Assembly: GCA_029855935.1 (NCBI GenBank)
Contig: JAGSHN010000018.1
Location: forward strand, 64,001 to 128,000
Origin: Candidatus Thorarchaeota archaeon
GTDB taxonomy: Archaea; Asgardarchaeota; Thorarchaeia; Thorarchaeales; Thorarchaeaceae
Direction: 5' to 3'
Length of the DNA: 64,000 nucleotides
Part shown: positions 36,324-46,562 of the stretch, in pieces
Layout: each line of letters begins with the position of its first letter
Numbering within the stretch: position 1 is the first letter of the stretch
Translations under genes and position numbers: made by a program
The notes under the pieces: model-generated
What the model saw: only the letters and a program-made list of their open reading frames with translations
Told to the model about the DNA's origin: nothing
The model's database searches: none

Positions 36324-38021
36324 GCGAATCCCCTCATAGTGCAGTCGGACAAGTCGGTCCTGCTTGAAGTGGACAACCCGCTCTACGAGGAGGCCAGAGA
36401 CGCCCTCGCGAGATTTGCAGAGCTGGTCAAGAGTCCAGAGTACGTTCACACCTACAGAATAACACCACTCAGTCTGTGGAACGCCGCTGCCATCGGGATG
36501 ACGCCAGACGAGGTCATAGAAACGCTCGAGCGGTACGCAAAGTACCCAATCCCTGGAAACATAGTCCGAGAGATCATCGACTATATGAGCAGGTACGGGC
36601 AGATCAGCCTCTACAAGGAGGGCGATATGCTCATCCTCGAGTGTGAGAGCGAGGACCTCTGCGAGGAGATCTGGGCCCACAAGCAGGTACGGGAACACCT
36701 GCTGGAGCGACTCGATGCAACGCGAATCCTTGTCGACCCCGCCAAGCGTGGCTTCGTCAAACACGCTCTCATCGAGATAGGCCATCCCGTCGAGGATGTC
36801 GCAGGATACATCGAGGGCGAGCCCCTTCCGTTCGAGCTACGGGAGATCACTCTCTCAGGCAAGCCCTTCAGATTCAGGGAATACCAAAGGGATGCGATAG
36901 AGGCGTTCTATGCAGGCGGCGGGGAGCGCGGCGGCTCTGGAGTCATCGTCCTTCCCTGTGGCGCCGGCAAGACGATTGTCGGCATCGGGGTGATGCATAA
37001 GCTTCAGACATCCACTCTTATTCTGTGTCCGAACGTGGTGGCTGTCAGACAGTGGATGGCAGAGCTGCTGGACAAGACCACGCTGACGGAGGACCAGATT
37101 GGCGAGTACTCAGGCGACACAAAGGACATCCGCCCTGTGACCGCAGCCACCTATCAGATACTCACCTGGAGAAAGTCGAAGACTGGCGACTTTGAGCACT
37201 TCAAGATCTTCGGAGAACGTAATTGGGGACTGATCATATACGACGAGGTGCACCTACTGCCCGCACCGGTGTTCAGGGTCACGGCTCAGATACAGGCCAC
37301 CCGCAGACTCGGCCTCACCGCCACACTCGTGCGAGAGGACGGTCGTGAGGAGGAGGTCTTCAGCCTCATCGGGCCAAAGAGATACGATGTCCCGTGGAAA
37401 CAGCTTGAGGAGCAGGGCTGGATTGCCACGGCCATCTGCTACGAGATAAGAGTGGACCTGCCGGACAGCCTCAGAAGGAAGTACGCCTTGGCAGAGGACA
37501 GGAAGAAGTATAGAATTGCCGCTGAGAACCCGGTGAAGCTTGACATCCTCAGGAAGATCGTGGAGTACCATCGTGACGACAATATCCTCATCATCGGGAT
37601 GTATCTCGACCAGTTGAAACAGATAGCAGACATGCTGGGCGCACCTCTCATCACTGGCAAGACGAGCAATGCGGAGAGAGAGGCACTCTATGGGGCCTTC
37701 AAGAGGGGCGAGATCAAGGTCCTCGTCGTATCAAAGGTGGCCAACTTCGCTCTCGACCTGCCAGATGCCAATGTGGCCATCCAAGTGTCAGGCACCTTCG
37801 GGTCGAGACAGGAGGAGGCACAGAGGCTTGGCCGGATTCTCAGGCCCAAGTCGGATGGCAGCTTCGCAAGGTTCTACTCCATCATCACAAAGGACACACG
37901 CGATATGGACTTTGCAGCCAAGAGGCAGCTGTTCCTCACGGAGCAGGGATATCAGTATGTGATCGCATCGGGTGACGAGGAGATCTGGAAGACGCCACCA
38001 GAGACCTTCTTCAGGGCCTAG
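36312..38021 (+). CDS. xpb: XPB/Rad25 SF2 helicase with an N-terminal Helicase_C_3 domain
   Basis: LIVQSD..YRITPLSLWNA, LPCGAGKT, DEVH, LGLTATLVRED, QRLGRILRPK. Confidence 0.96.
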   Translation: MPNPANPLIVQSDKSVLLEVDNPLYEEARDALARFAELVKSPEYVHTYRITPLSLWNAAAIGMTPDEVIETLERYAKYPIPGNIVREIIDYMSRYGQISLYKEGDMLILECESEDLCEEIWAHKQVREHLLERLDATRILVDPAKRGFVKHALIEIGHPVEDVAGYIEGEPLPFELREITLSGKPFRFREYQRDAIEAFYAGGGERGGSGVIVLPCGAGKTIVGIGVMHKLQTSTLILCPNVVAVRQWMAELLDKTTLTEDQIGEYSGDTKDIRPVTAATYQILTWRKSKTGDFEHFKIFGERNWGLIIYDEVHLLPAPVFRVTAQIQATRRLGLTATLVREDGREEEVFSLIGPKRYDVPWKQLEEQGWIATAICYEIRVDLPDSLRRKYALAEDRKKYRIAAENPVKLDILRKIVEYHRDDNILIIGMYLDQLKQIADMLGAPLITGKTSNAEREALYGAFKRGEIKVLVVSKVANFALDLPDANVAIQVSGTFGSRQEEAQRLGRILRPKSDGSFARFYSIITKDTRDMDFAAKRQLFLTEQGYQYVIASGDEEIWKTPPETFFRA

Positions 38022-38866
38022 TCAGGCTCAGAGCCAGAGGTCTCGAACCGCGAGAGGCTCTTTGCGGTCTCTCGAAGGTCGTCGATGGACAGGGCGTAGA
38101 TGCCCTCTGACCGCACGTCAAAGGTCACCCAGACGGGGATGTGACGCGCGCCCTTCATCTTGGTTATGCGGAACTGCTTGACAAGAGCGCCAGCCTTTGC
38201 AAAGGCCGGCTCGTGACGCGTGTCAATCAGGACATCACTCGTATAGCTGATGACGTCGTCGTAGGCGGCAAACTGCTGAAGGCCTGTGTGATAGACTGCC
38301 CAGAAGGGGATGTTGAGGTCCTTGCAGAAGGTGGCACGCCAGGCCTTTGCTGCATTGACTGCCTTGAAGGGATGGCTCTGAACAAAGAACTCGGTCAGAC
38401 TGTCAAGGTAGATACCAGCTATCGAGTCGGCCCCCATTCTGTCTATCAGAGAGTTGATTGTGTCAGTAATGGTGTCAGTGTTGCTGGGATCACGTACGAC
38501 GTGGGTGTGCTCAAGGGCAGGTGTCCTGCGCAGGATGAGGCTGGAGAAGCAGTCCACCAGCTCAATCAGGTCATTCTCAAGCGCCTTCTCGTGCTGCCAT
38601 CCAAGGGAAACTAGATTCTGAAGTATAGAGATCGGAGAGTCCTCAAAGCATACGTAGATGACCTTGTGACCAGCCTCTGTGGCACGCCGCACCATCTCAT
38701 TCATTATCACGGACTTCCCACCGCCGCCCGGACCACGAATCACTCCGAAGGCGTTTCGCGGAAAACCGTCCGGGGCCTGGTCGTCCAGCACTGGCACACC
38801 AGTGTGATAGAGGATCTTCCCCTTTGCCAGCTTATCGCTCAGGCTCATCAGGCCATTCCCGCGCAA
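38018..38866 (-). CDS. KaiC/RAD55-like RecA-superfamily ATPase
   Basis: TGVPVLD...GFP, GPGGGGKS, FED, YLDSL, ITKMKG. Confidence 0.88.
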   Translation of the reverse strand: MRGNGLMSLSDKLAKGKILYHTGVPVLDDQAPDGFPRNAFGVIRGPGGGGKSVIMNEMVRRATEAGHKVIYVCFEDSPISILQNLVSLGWQHEKALENDLIELVDCFSSLILRRTPALEHTHVVRDPSNTDTITDTINSLIDRMGADSIAGIYLDSLTEFFVQSHPFKAVNAAKAWRATFCKDLNIPFWAVYHTGLQQFAAYDDVISYTSDVLIDTRHEPAFAKAGALVKQFRITKMKGARHIPVWVTFDVRSEGIYALSIDDLRETAKSLSRFETSGSEPD

Positions 38867-38920
38867 TGTCTGGCAGAGCTGATATTTACAATTTCCCAGT
38901 GGTCCCGGAGCGCGGTAGGT

Positions 38921-39886
38921 CTATGAGCCGGCATCCAGCTCCAGAGCAAGAAGACCCATCTTCTGGCGGACGTACGCCCCAATCCGCTGTCTCACGTCAC
39001 CCGTTGCCAGATGCTCCGTCACGCGGCCACGGTCTATGTCAACTATTCTCTGCACGCTCCACGTGATGCAGGACAACAGTGCAAGAACGGTATGACCAGA
39101 CTCGGGACGCAACTCGGGACTGTCAAAGAGATGCCGGATCATCTCCGTAGGCCCCTCATGCTCATGCTGCACCGAGAGATAGGCAATGTCAAGCCTCGGG
39201 TCAGCGAAACATAGTGCCTCGGGGTCTAGGAGCCATACCCTCCCCTCTGTGAAGACTATGTTAGACTCGGAGAGGTCTCCGTGGATGAGGGCCTGTGACC
39301 AGTGCATGCTCAGACAGACGTCGCGTATCCGGTCTATGGTGTCTGAATAGGAAACGGCCGGAACCAGCTCTGAGAACAATTCAGGCCCATCGCACTGCTC
39401 AAGAGTACCGATGAGATGCACAAGATAGTCGATGGAGGATCGAAACACGGGGGCATCACCCACTCGCGAGTCCCACAGTCGGGCCAACGCATCACGTAGG
39501 AACACAAGCCGATCAGGGGGCATCGCGCTGGGGGATGAGTAGACCTCGCCGTCGACGTACTCGAGCAGGAGGTATGGAATCGTCAGCTCACCGAGGCAAC
39601 CGACCTCAATGGGCGACGGCATCAGGTCGCGCGAGGCCAAGGCCCGGTACCGGGCTGCAAGCATCTCGTAATGTGCCACGGTCACGTCACGAACCGCAGG
39701 GACCTTGAGGACCAGTCGCTGACCAGCGCCAGTCTCCAGCAGGACGTTGACGTTCGACCACCCACCCAGCACACCGACAATCGCCGGAACACTGGTCAAT
39801 GCTGCACTCTCAGGGACAACGGCACCAATGAGGTCACGTAGTGGCCAGCCGTGGACGACGGTCCCGTGAGGGAGCATAATCAACAC
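38921..39886 (-). CDS. Aminoglycoside/choline phosphotransferase-family kinase
   Basis: GGWSN, VLK, LLEYVDG, HGDLSESNI, LLDPE. Confidence 0.85.
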   Translation of the reverse strand: MLIMLPHGTVVHGWPLRDLIGAVVPESAALTSVPAIVGVLGGWSNVNVLLETGAGQRLVLKVPAVRDVTVAHYEMLAARYRALASRDLMPSPIEVGCLGELTIPYLLLEYVDGEVYSSPSAMPPDRLVFLRDALARLWDSRVGDAPVFRSSIDYLVHLIGTLEQCDGPELFSELVPAVSYSDTIDRIRDVCLSMHWSQALIHGDLSESNIVFTEGRVWLLDPEALCFADPRLDIAYLSVQHEHEGPTEMIRHLFDSPELRPESGHTVLALLSCITWSVQRIVDIDRGRVTEHLATGDVRQRIGAYVRQKMGLLALELDAGS

Positions 39887-39988
39887 AGTGGTCGACTGAC
39901 TGATATACGGATTGGTATGGCGCCAAGAGGCGCCTCGGAAGTGCGGCCTGCATCAAGTACATATAGTTGAGGGCAAGAACCCGTCCCG

Positions 39989-40276
39989 ATGAACGGTCAG
40001 CATGTGCTACTAATCCTTGCTCATCTCTTCAGGGCTCGCGGGGCTGTCGTGACCATCGACGATGCTGTAGAGTATCTATCCTTTCGCTGCCGGTATGGCC
40101 CGCCCACCGAGATAAGGAAGATGTTGGCCGTGGCCGAACAGAGAGGGATGATTGAGAGGGAGGAGGATCAAATACACGCGGGCTTTCTCTTTGATAGACA
40201 GTCGCTCTCACCGAACATGACACACCTGCTTAACAATGCCGTCAGAGTCCGGGACAACGTGGAACCGATGCAATGA
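39989..40276 (+). CDS. DUF2240-like archaeal protein
   Basis: LSFxxxxxPPxxxxKMLxxAxxxGMI pattern. Confidence 0.65.
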   Translation: MNGQHVLLILAHLFRARGAVVTIDDAVEYLSFRCRYGPPTEIRKMLAVAEQRGMIEREEDQIHAGFLFDRQSLSPNMTHLLNNAVRVRDNVEPMQ

Positions 40277-40329
40277 GAACTCCTGAGAAGGTCAAGACAT
40301 CGGTTGCCACGGGCTGATAGGCACTACGG

Positions 40330-41469
40330 TCAGGACGTACTGTCCTGATCAGTCGCCGCCTCGCTTGTCACGTGCCATATTGACGCCATCACCGCGGTGA
40401 CGTGTATGAACGGGTTCTTGGCCTGGGTTATTCGAGTGTCTATCTCCGCTATGCGTCTGATGATCTTGTCCCTGACCTCGGGGTCGAGTGGCCGGTACAT
40501 GATGTCCCTCAGAATGCCCTGCATCACGGCGTGAGGCTCGTACCTTTCAATGGCCAGCAGCTTGCGGACCCGGTCCCGAGACTCCTTGAACGAACCCTCG
40601 ATGACAAGCGACACTGCCTCGTGTATTGCTCTCTGAAGCGGATGCTCGGAGACCTCGTAGACGTGGTCCTCTGTGATGGCGCCGCTCGAGGCGGCGACGT
40701 GGGCCATCTGAAGTATGTCGATTGCCCGACGGAGGTCACCTGCACTCTCCCGGGCAATCACCTCAAGGACACTATCATCCACCGACACGTTCTCGCGTTC
40801 CGCGATGACGCGAAGGCATTTCACAATGTCCTCCTGTGACGCACTTGGAAAGTGAATGATCAAGCAGCGGGACAGTATGGCCGGAATCCAGTTGCTGAGG
40901 GACGGCGTTATGAGGATGAATCTGCAGTCCTCACCGTAGATCTCCATCGTCCTCCTGAGTGCCTGCTGCATGTTGTTGTCCATCGCATCAGCCTCATCGA
41001 GCACGAGTATCTTGACTGTCTCCGTCGCCACCGTCAATGTCGAGGCAAAGAGGCGGATGGCGGTGTGCAGCAGGTCGCTCCGATTGGGGTCGCCAGACTT
41101 TCCACGCGTCCGGAGTGTCATCTTGGCCTCTCTGTAGACAAAGGACATATACTCATCAAGAGGCGTGCGCTCCTCCCTGTCCAGTTTGGCAAGATCGGCC
41201 ACAGAACGCTTGGCCTTTGAGACGGGATAGTAGCGCAGGTCACGGACATTCAGCCACAGGTAGTTCGATTCAAAGTCTGGCCCGAGCAGCGACCGCGCAA
41301 ATACCTCCGCTGCAGCAGTCTTGCCTGTGCCAGAGGGACCCACGAACATCAAGTGAGGGCACGTCCCAGACTCGGCCATCTGTCTCAGCTGCTGGATGGC
41401 CATGTCTTGACCGACAAAGTCCTCCCATTTGCGTGGCCGGTACTTGATGCTCCACAGTGGCGACTCCAT
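40330..41469 (-). CDS. rfcS: Replication factor C small-subunit-like protein with an insertion
   Basis: WSIKYRP, GPSGTGKT, LDEAD, QQALRRTME, SRC, GDLRRAI. Confidence 0.88.
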   Translation of the reverse strand: MESPLWSIKYRPRKWEDFVGQDMAIQQLRQMAESGTCPHLMFVGPSGTGKTAAAEVFARSLLGPDFESNYLWLNVRDLRYYPVSKAKRSVADLAKLDREERTPLDEYMSFVYREAKMTLRTRGKSGDPNRSDLLHTAIRLFASTLTVATETVKILVLDEADAMDNNMQQALRRTMEIYGEDCRFILITPSLSNWIPAILSRCLIIHFPSASQEDIVKCLRVIAERENVSVDDSVLEVIARESAGDLRRAIDILQMAHVAASSGAITEDHVYEVSEHPLQRAIHEAVSLVIEGSFKESRDRVRKLLAIERYEPHAVMQGILRDIMYRPLDPEVRDKIIRRIAEIDTRITQAKNPFIHVTAVMASIWHVTSEAATDQDSTS

Positions 41470-41674
41470 AGGGCAATCCCTGCACTCCTGTCGCTGTACA
41501 GCGCTTATTGCTTTTTGCCAAGACCTGTCAGTAGGCCGAGGGCCTACCTCAGCCCAGACTCACATCTCAACAGCGCGCCCGGTCTCGCTTCCTACGGTAC
41601 TATGACAGCATATATACACCGCTTGACACGGTGTGACCGAAGGCAGATGAGCGTCCTGCTGCCAATCCGCCTCT

Positions 41675-42325
41675 GTGATTGCGCAGGGACCGAATAGCCA
41701 GCCGGGTCGAGAACCAGCCAACGTGGTGGAGGACAATCCGTTGAGTCTCACGGAGGAGCAGGTGACACAGATAGAGAAGTTCGCGTTGAACAAGTACGAC
41801 GAACTCGACACGACACACGGACGCAGACATGCCGAGAGGACTGTCCGCCTAGCAGAGCATATCGCGGCCCACGAGGGTGCAAACGTGATGGTGTGCCGCC
41901 TCGGAGCGCTGCTCCATCAGTATCATCCCGAAGGCGCTCCCGCTGTCGATCGGTTTCTTCGGAGCATAGATGTGCCAGACGAGTTGCGAACCGCTATCAC
42001 CCACTGTGTGGAATGCGTGGAGTTCGAGACGATAGGACGTGCCACTACTCTTGAGGCGCGGGTAGTCTTTGATGCGGACAAACTTCAGACGATAGGTCCC
42101 TTTGGTGTAGTGCGGGAAGTTGCATATCGAGTCTGTGCCGTGGGAAGAGATCTTCAGACAGCGATAGATCAGGCACGTGAGCTTGACAGGAGAAGTCGTG
42201 ATCACCTACAGACACGTACAGCACATGAACTGGCCGAGAGAACTCGCGCTGATACAGAACGAATGTTCGAGCAGATTGTTCAGTGGTGTGACCTGAGCCT
42301 GCTGAACGATGTTGATGTGTTATGA
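41675..42325 (+). CDS. HD-domain protein (HQ variant)
   Basis: HGRRHAERT, ALLHQ, TLEARVVFDADKL; the start is probably further downstream. Confidence 0.8.
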   Translation: MIAQGPNSQPGREPANVVEDNPLSLTEEQVTQIEKFALNKYDELDTTHGRRHAERTVRLAEHIAAHEGANVMVCRLGALLHQYHPEGAPAVDRFLRSIDVPDELRTAITHCVECVEFETIGRATTLEARVVFDADKLQTIGPFGVVREVAYRVCAVGRDLQTAIDQARELDRRSRDHLQTRTAHELAERTRADTERMFEQIVQWCDLSLLNDVDVL

Positions 42326-42391
42326 CCGTAACGGTCTTAAAGCGAATATCTGAAGCGGCGTGTTCAAATCGATGCCAGGGGCCACGATGTC

Positions 42392-44122
42392 ATGCCACGG
42401 GAACCTCTCGAGTCCGAACTGAAACATATGTTCAGAGAAGACCTCATTGTTGCCTGTCAATACTGGGGGGTCGACCTGAGCACCAGCAAGTCCGGTGACG
42501 AACTGACGCAGCTACTTGCAGAGAAGATGAGGGACAGAGAGGCTCGTGAGAGAATCTTCGCCACGTTCTCCGACAGGGAGTACGACCTGCTCGGAATGCT
42601 GTGCCTCAACGGAGGCGCGATGAGCTACGACGGGCTGAAGCCCTACAGAAAGAAGTACTCCTACGGACAGCTGAACCAGACCGAGAGGGAACTCAGAAAG
42701 AAGGGCATCATAGTCAGACGGATTGTGCAGCGGGTGACGGACCTTGGTCGCGAGGTCGCCGAGTTCAAGATAATTGACTTCTTCCTACCGCATCTCATTC
42801 AGTATTTCAGTCGTAAACCCGAACACGTCTCGCAGCCTCCGAAGAGAATAAGGAACTTTGTCAATGAACGGGACTCGCTGCTTGTCGATATCCTGGTGCT
42901 CGTCTCGCATCTCGCGACCAACCCCGTAAAGATGACGACAACGTGGGAGTTCCCCCGCAGAGAGATTGAACGGATCAAGACCGCTCTCTCAAAGCAGACA
43001 GACGAACGCTTCGAAACCGTCCAGAGAGTTGCGCGCAAGTGCGGCGCATACGTCATCGTTGAGGATGACAAGGCGGTACCGGGCCGCATCGACAGGCTCT
43101 TTGATGGCGACCAGGCCGAGGTGTCAAAGCGCATACTCCTCGCAGCGCTGGGCCGCACCAGGGCAATCTGGGCAACTCCCGACCAGCCGACCGAGTTCAC
43201 ATTGAACCTTGCCATATGCAGGCTGCGAGAGAGCAGCGAGGGCGATTGGATAACGATAGAGGAGATGAAGCAGTGGATTCGGAGCGAGCTCTTTATCGAG
43301 AAGGAGCCACTGAAGTGGATCCAGGTCGATGAGAATAGAGTGGCAATTGCGCTTGAGATTCCAATCCTGCTCGGCCTTCTTGAGGCCGCGTACAAGGGCC
43401 GGAAGCTTGTCGCTGTTGCACTGACACAGGTCGGTGCGGCTGTTGTGATGAATCGCCGTCTTCCAGAGAACGAGAGCAGAGAGACCTTCTTCGTGCAGCC
43501 GAACTTCGAGATAACGTGTTTCACTCCAGAGATGAACTACGCGGACCTGTATAGGCTGATGCTGTTCACGGAGCCCGTCAAGATTGACGTTGTGTCGACG
43601 TTTCGAATCACCGACCGGTCGGTATTCAAGGCCGTGGAGCTCGGTATGAGAGAGAAGGACATAGTGGAGTTCCTTGAGTCGAAGAGCAGCAAGCCAGTGC
43701 CGAAGAATGTGGCGAGGTCAATCCGTGACTGGATTGGACGGATGACCTTCGTCAAGATATCGACTGTGACGCTGCTGGAGACAGAGACGGAGAGGGACCT
43801 TGAGGGATTGCTGCTCATCAGAGGTCTTGAGGATCATGTTGTGAGACGAGTGGGACCGACCGCTGTCATTGTGAGTGGCGATGTCGAGGAGCTGGTCGAC
43901 CTGCTCAGGGACAACAAGTGCCACGTAACACGTCCCGGGGAAACCACGTCTCCTCTGGAGGCCTCACACGGGACTGCCATTGCTGAGCAGGTGTTGCTGT
44001 ACGAGCAGGCCGCGGCTGACGATGTCCCCGAGGACTGCATGGGATGTCCAGCTATCCAATCGTGCACGCGTGTGCTGAGACGTAAAGTGGAGAAGAAGAG
44101 GCGACGCAGGGTTGGTGCGTAG
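42392..44122 (+). CDS. XPB-associated protein with a Helicase_C_3 / p52(Tfb2)-like domain
   Basis: FFVQPNFEI...FRITDRSVFKAVELGM...IVEFLESKSSKPVPKNVARSIRDW; C-terminal CxxCxxxxxC. Confidence 0.82.
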   Translation: MPREPLESELKHMFREDLIVACQYWGVDLSTSKSGDELTQLLAEKMRDREARERIFATFSDREYDLLGMLCLNGGAMSYDGLKPYRKKYSYGQLNQTERELRKKGIIVRRIVQRVTDLGREVAEFKIIDFFLPHLIQYFSRKPEHVSQPPKRIRNFVNERDSLLVDILVLVSHLATNPVKMTTTWEFPRREIERIKTALSKQTDERFETVQRVARKCGAYVIVEDDKAVPGRIDRLFDGDQAEVSKRILLAALGRTRAIWATPDQPTEFTLNLAICRLRESSEGDWITIEEMKQWIRSELFIEKEPLKWIQVDENRVAIALEIPILLGLLEAAYKGRKLVAVALTQVGAAVVMNRRLPENESRETFFVQPNFEITCFTPEMNYADLYRLMLFTEPVKIDVVSTFRITDRSVFKAVELGMREKDIVEFLESKSSKPVPKNVARSIRDWIGRMTFVKISTVTLLETETERDLEGLLLIRGLEDHVVRRVGPTAVIVSGDVEELVDLLRDNKCHVTRPGETTSPLEASHGTAIAEQVLLYEQAAADDVPEDCMGCPAIQSCTRVLRRKVEKKRRRRVGA

Positions 44123-45158
44123 ACTGTTGCCCGAGGAACTCGTGGGCTCTTTCTTCGGTGTCGGGAGCCTCAGTGTGAACGATCCCGAGAAGCCGCTCGA
44201 GTACGTTTCGACAATGAGACTGCCTTACTGGTACCAACTTCCAGCCCTTCCCGAGGAGGACATGGTGCGACAGTTTGCGTACGTCATAGACGGATTCGAG
44301 GATGAGGAGTTGTTCACACTCGACATTGACGTTCACACGTTTCAGGAGGTCCTCACCGATGACACTCCCATCGAGATTGATGCGGACCACGCCCACGGCC
44401 TCTATCTGATGAGAGACCTCGGAAGACGCTTCGAGTTCTTCAAGACACAGCAGACCGCGCCTGCGACAATGTGCTTCACGATTCGCGACCCGGACGGACA
44501 CCAGCTCATCTCAAAGAGTATGGTCCGGTTCTTTGCATCGCTGATGCGCAGGATCGCAGTCTGGCAGTACCAGTTCCTGAAGAACTTCTGCGACACGATC
44601 ATTCTGTGTCAGGACGACCCGGCACTGGGCTTTGTCATCCAGATGATTCGACGTGGTGAGGTCAGTGCAATGGACCCCAGATGGATAGTCCGAGAGACCG
44701 ACTCGGTCTACCCAAGTGAGATCATCCCCTCGTACCACTACTGCGAGGACTGGCGAACGCTCTACGAGGGCGAAAAGCATCTCCTGTGGGATGGTAGTCC
44801 CAAGATTGTTCACATTGACCTTGTCGCATATCCGCCTGACCCAGACGAAAAGGGAGCGGAGGCTGGTGAGAAGATCAACAGGTTCATTGAGCGCGGCGGC
44901 GCAATCGCCCTTGGTGTCCTTCCGAATGTGGACGATGGCTACAAGTCCTCGGTGCTGGAGACACTAAGGGAACGCCTCACGGCAACGCTGTCACGCTTCG
45001 TAGAGTGCGGTGTCGACAAGGATCTCCTTGCCGAGAACGCACTGATATCAACACAGTGCGGACTGTCACGGGCCTCTCCCCGGCTCGCCGAGGAGATTCA
45101 CAGGACTAGCCAGAGGTTTCCCGAGGTGTTGAGAGACTGCGTCAGACAAACTACTTAA
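44112..45158 (+). CDS. Cobalamin-independent methionine synthase-like (core MetE/URO-D fold) protein
   Basis: GVGSL, QLP...EDMVRQF, DDPAL, HYC, IALGVLP, ISTQCGL. Confidence 0.72.
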   Translation: MVRRLLPEELVGSFFGVGSLSVNDPEKPLEYVSTMRLPYWYQLPALPEEDMVRQFAYVIDGFEDEELFTLDIDVHTFQEVLTDDTPIEIDADHAHGLYLMRDLGRRFEFFKTQQTAPATMCFTIRDPDGHQLISKSMVRFFASLMRRIAVWQYQFLKNFCDTIILCQDDPALGFVIQMIRRGEVSAMDPRWIVRETDSVYPSEIIPSYHYCEDWRTLYEGEKHLLWDGSPKIVHIDLVAYPPDPDEKGAEAGEKINRFIERGGAIALGVLPNVDDGYKSSVLETLRERLTATLSRFVECGVDKDLLAENALISTQCGLSRASPRLAEEIHRTSQRFPEVLRDCVRQTT

Positions 45159-45204
45159 GCACGAGGCCACCGCTTGCCGCTTCGAAACTACGACAAGAAC
45201 GAAG

Positions 45205-46056
45205 GTGTGTATGTCAATGGTGGAGTCGAAAGAGCCCGGCCCGATAATGAAGTTCATCCAAGACTACAGGATGAAGATGCTTATACCTGAACTCCTCGTC
45301 GTCTTCGGTGTCTGGTATATGGCGCCAGAGTCGATTCAGTGGGGGCCGCAGGGTAACGTCTACTCATTCCTCGGACCACTGATGTACATCTGTCAACCAA
45401 TATACTTCGTTCCAAGCGGGATTCTACTTCTGGTCACTGCCATATTGCTGCACGGAATCTATCCACTGGACAACTATCACGAGGGCAAGATCCCAGAGGT
45501 GCCTCGCGGTGCAGTCCTGATGATCATAATCTCATTCGCACTGCTTCCTGTTCTTGTCGCATTCCAGATGGCAGGCTATTTCATGACGGAGGCTACGGAG
45601 TACATCCGGCGCGATCCCTTCTGGGAGAGAATTGAGAGCGTCGGAGACCTGCTCTTTTATGCAGGGCCTATGTTCTTTGTCGGAATGCAGTGGTGGCTTC
45701 TGATACCCGTCTTCTTCCTCTCCGAGGGCGTCGACGGCATCCACAAGATTGCTCATCACGAGACCTCGAACGCGAAGATCACGGCACTCTTCTACTTCCT
45801 CTGGCCGATATCAATACCGTTCTTCTTCAACCCTGTTGAGATTCTTGCGATGGCTGCACTGTCCATCCCGGCCTTCGCGTTCTACACGTACATCCGACCA
45901 TACTACACCTACGTCACGGCAGTGCATACGCTGACCTTCGCACTGCTGGTCCTCGTCTGCATACCCCTCGCACCGTACCTCCCACTGCTCAACGTCTGGT
46001 TCCCCGGCAGCATACCCTATCACACGCCACCCAAGATGTGGAGCCTGTTTGGATAG
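45205..46056 (+). CDS. Hypothetical membrane protein
   Basis: About 6-7 TM helices, host-like codon usage. Confidence 0.75.
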   Translation: MCMSMVESKEPGPIMKFIQDYRMKMLIPELLVVFGVWYMAPESIQWGPQGNVYSFLGPLMYICQPIYFVPSGILLLVTAILLHGIYPLDNYHEGKIPEVPRGAVLMIIISFALLPVLVAFQMAGYFMTEATEYIRRDPFWERIESVGDLLFYAGPMFFVGMQWWLLIPVFFLSEGVDGIHKIAHHETSNAKITALFYFLWPISIPFFFNPVEILAMAALSIPAFAFYTYIRPYYTYVTAVHTLTFALLVLVCIPLAPYLPLLNVWFPGSIPYHTPPKMWSLFG

Positions 46057-46133
46057 AATGAATCGCTGACGGCGAGGACGAGCCACCGTGCGGTCCTCAC
46101 CCCCGCTCGATCCCGTGCCAGTGGCAGGAGGGA

Positions 46134-46448
46134 CTATCCTGAAGCGCCGGCGTACGTGGGCTTTCGTGTTGCGACTGTCTCGTCCTCTTCCCTGAGCTTG
46201 TGCTGAAACGGACGGCCCTGTCCGTAGATGGCAGGGTCGGCATCATGGGTCTTCATCATGATGATGACGAAACCAATGGCCTGAACGATGACCGATGCGA
46301 GGGATATCACAAAGACCTCCGGAAAATAGGGATGATTGAATACCTGATACAGCCACACAGTGGGATACACAATAGCCTGTATCACGATGCCCGCCAGCAA
46401 CATCAAGACCCACTTGTTAGTCCAGTTAGACCAAGCCATCTCCATCAT
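46134..46448 (-). CDS. Small 2-TM hypothetical protein
   Basis: 104 aa, two hydrophobic helices. Confidence 0.7.
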   Translation of the reverse strand: MMEMAWSNWTNKWVLMLLAGIVIQAIVYPTVWLYQVFNHPYFPEVFVISLASVIVQAIGFVIIMMKTHDADPAIYGQGRPFQHKLREEDETVATRKPTYAGASG

Positions 46449-46562
46449 CCTGTTGTCTTCTTACTGATCTGTGACGCAATGGAGCATCCAATTAAAGATG
46501 CCTGTGACATAGTCCAGTCCGCTCTCCAGAAAGCGCTAATCCCTCGACGGTACTGCGGTTGG

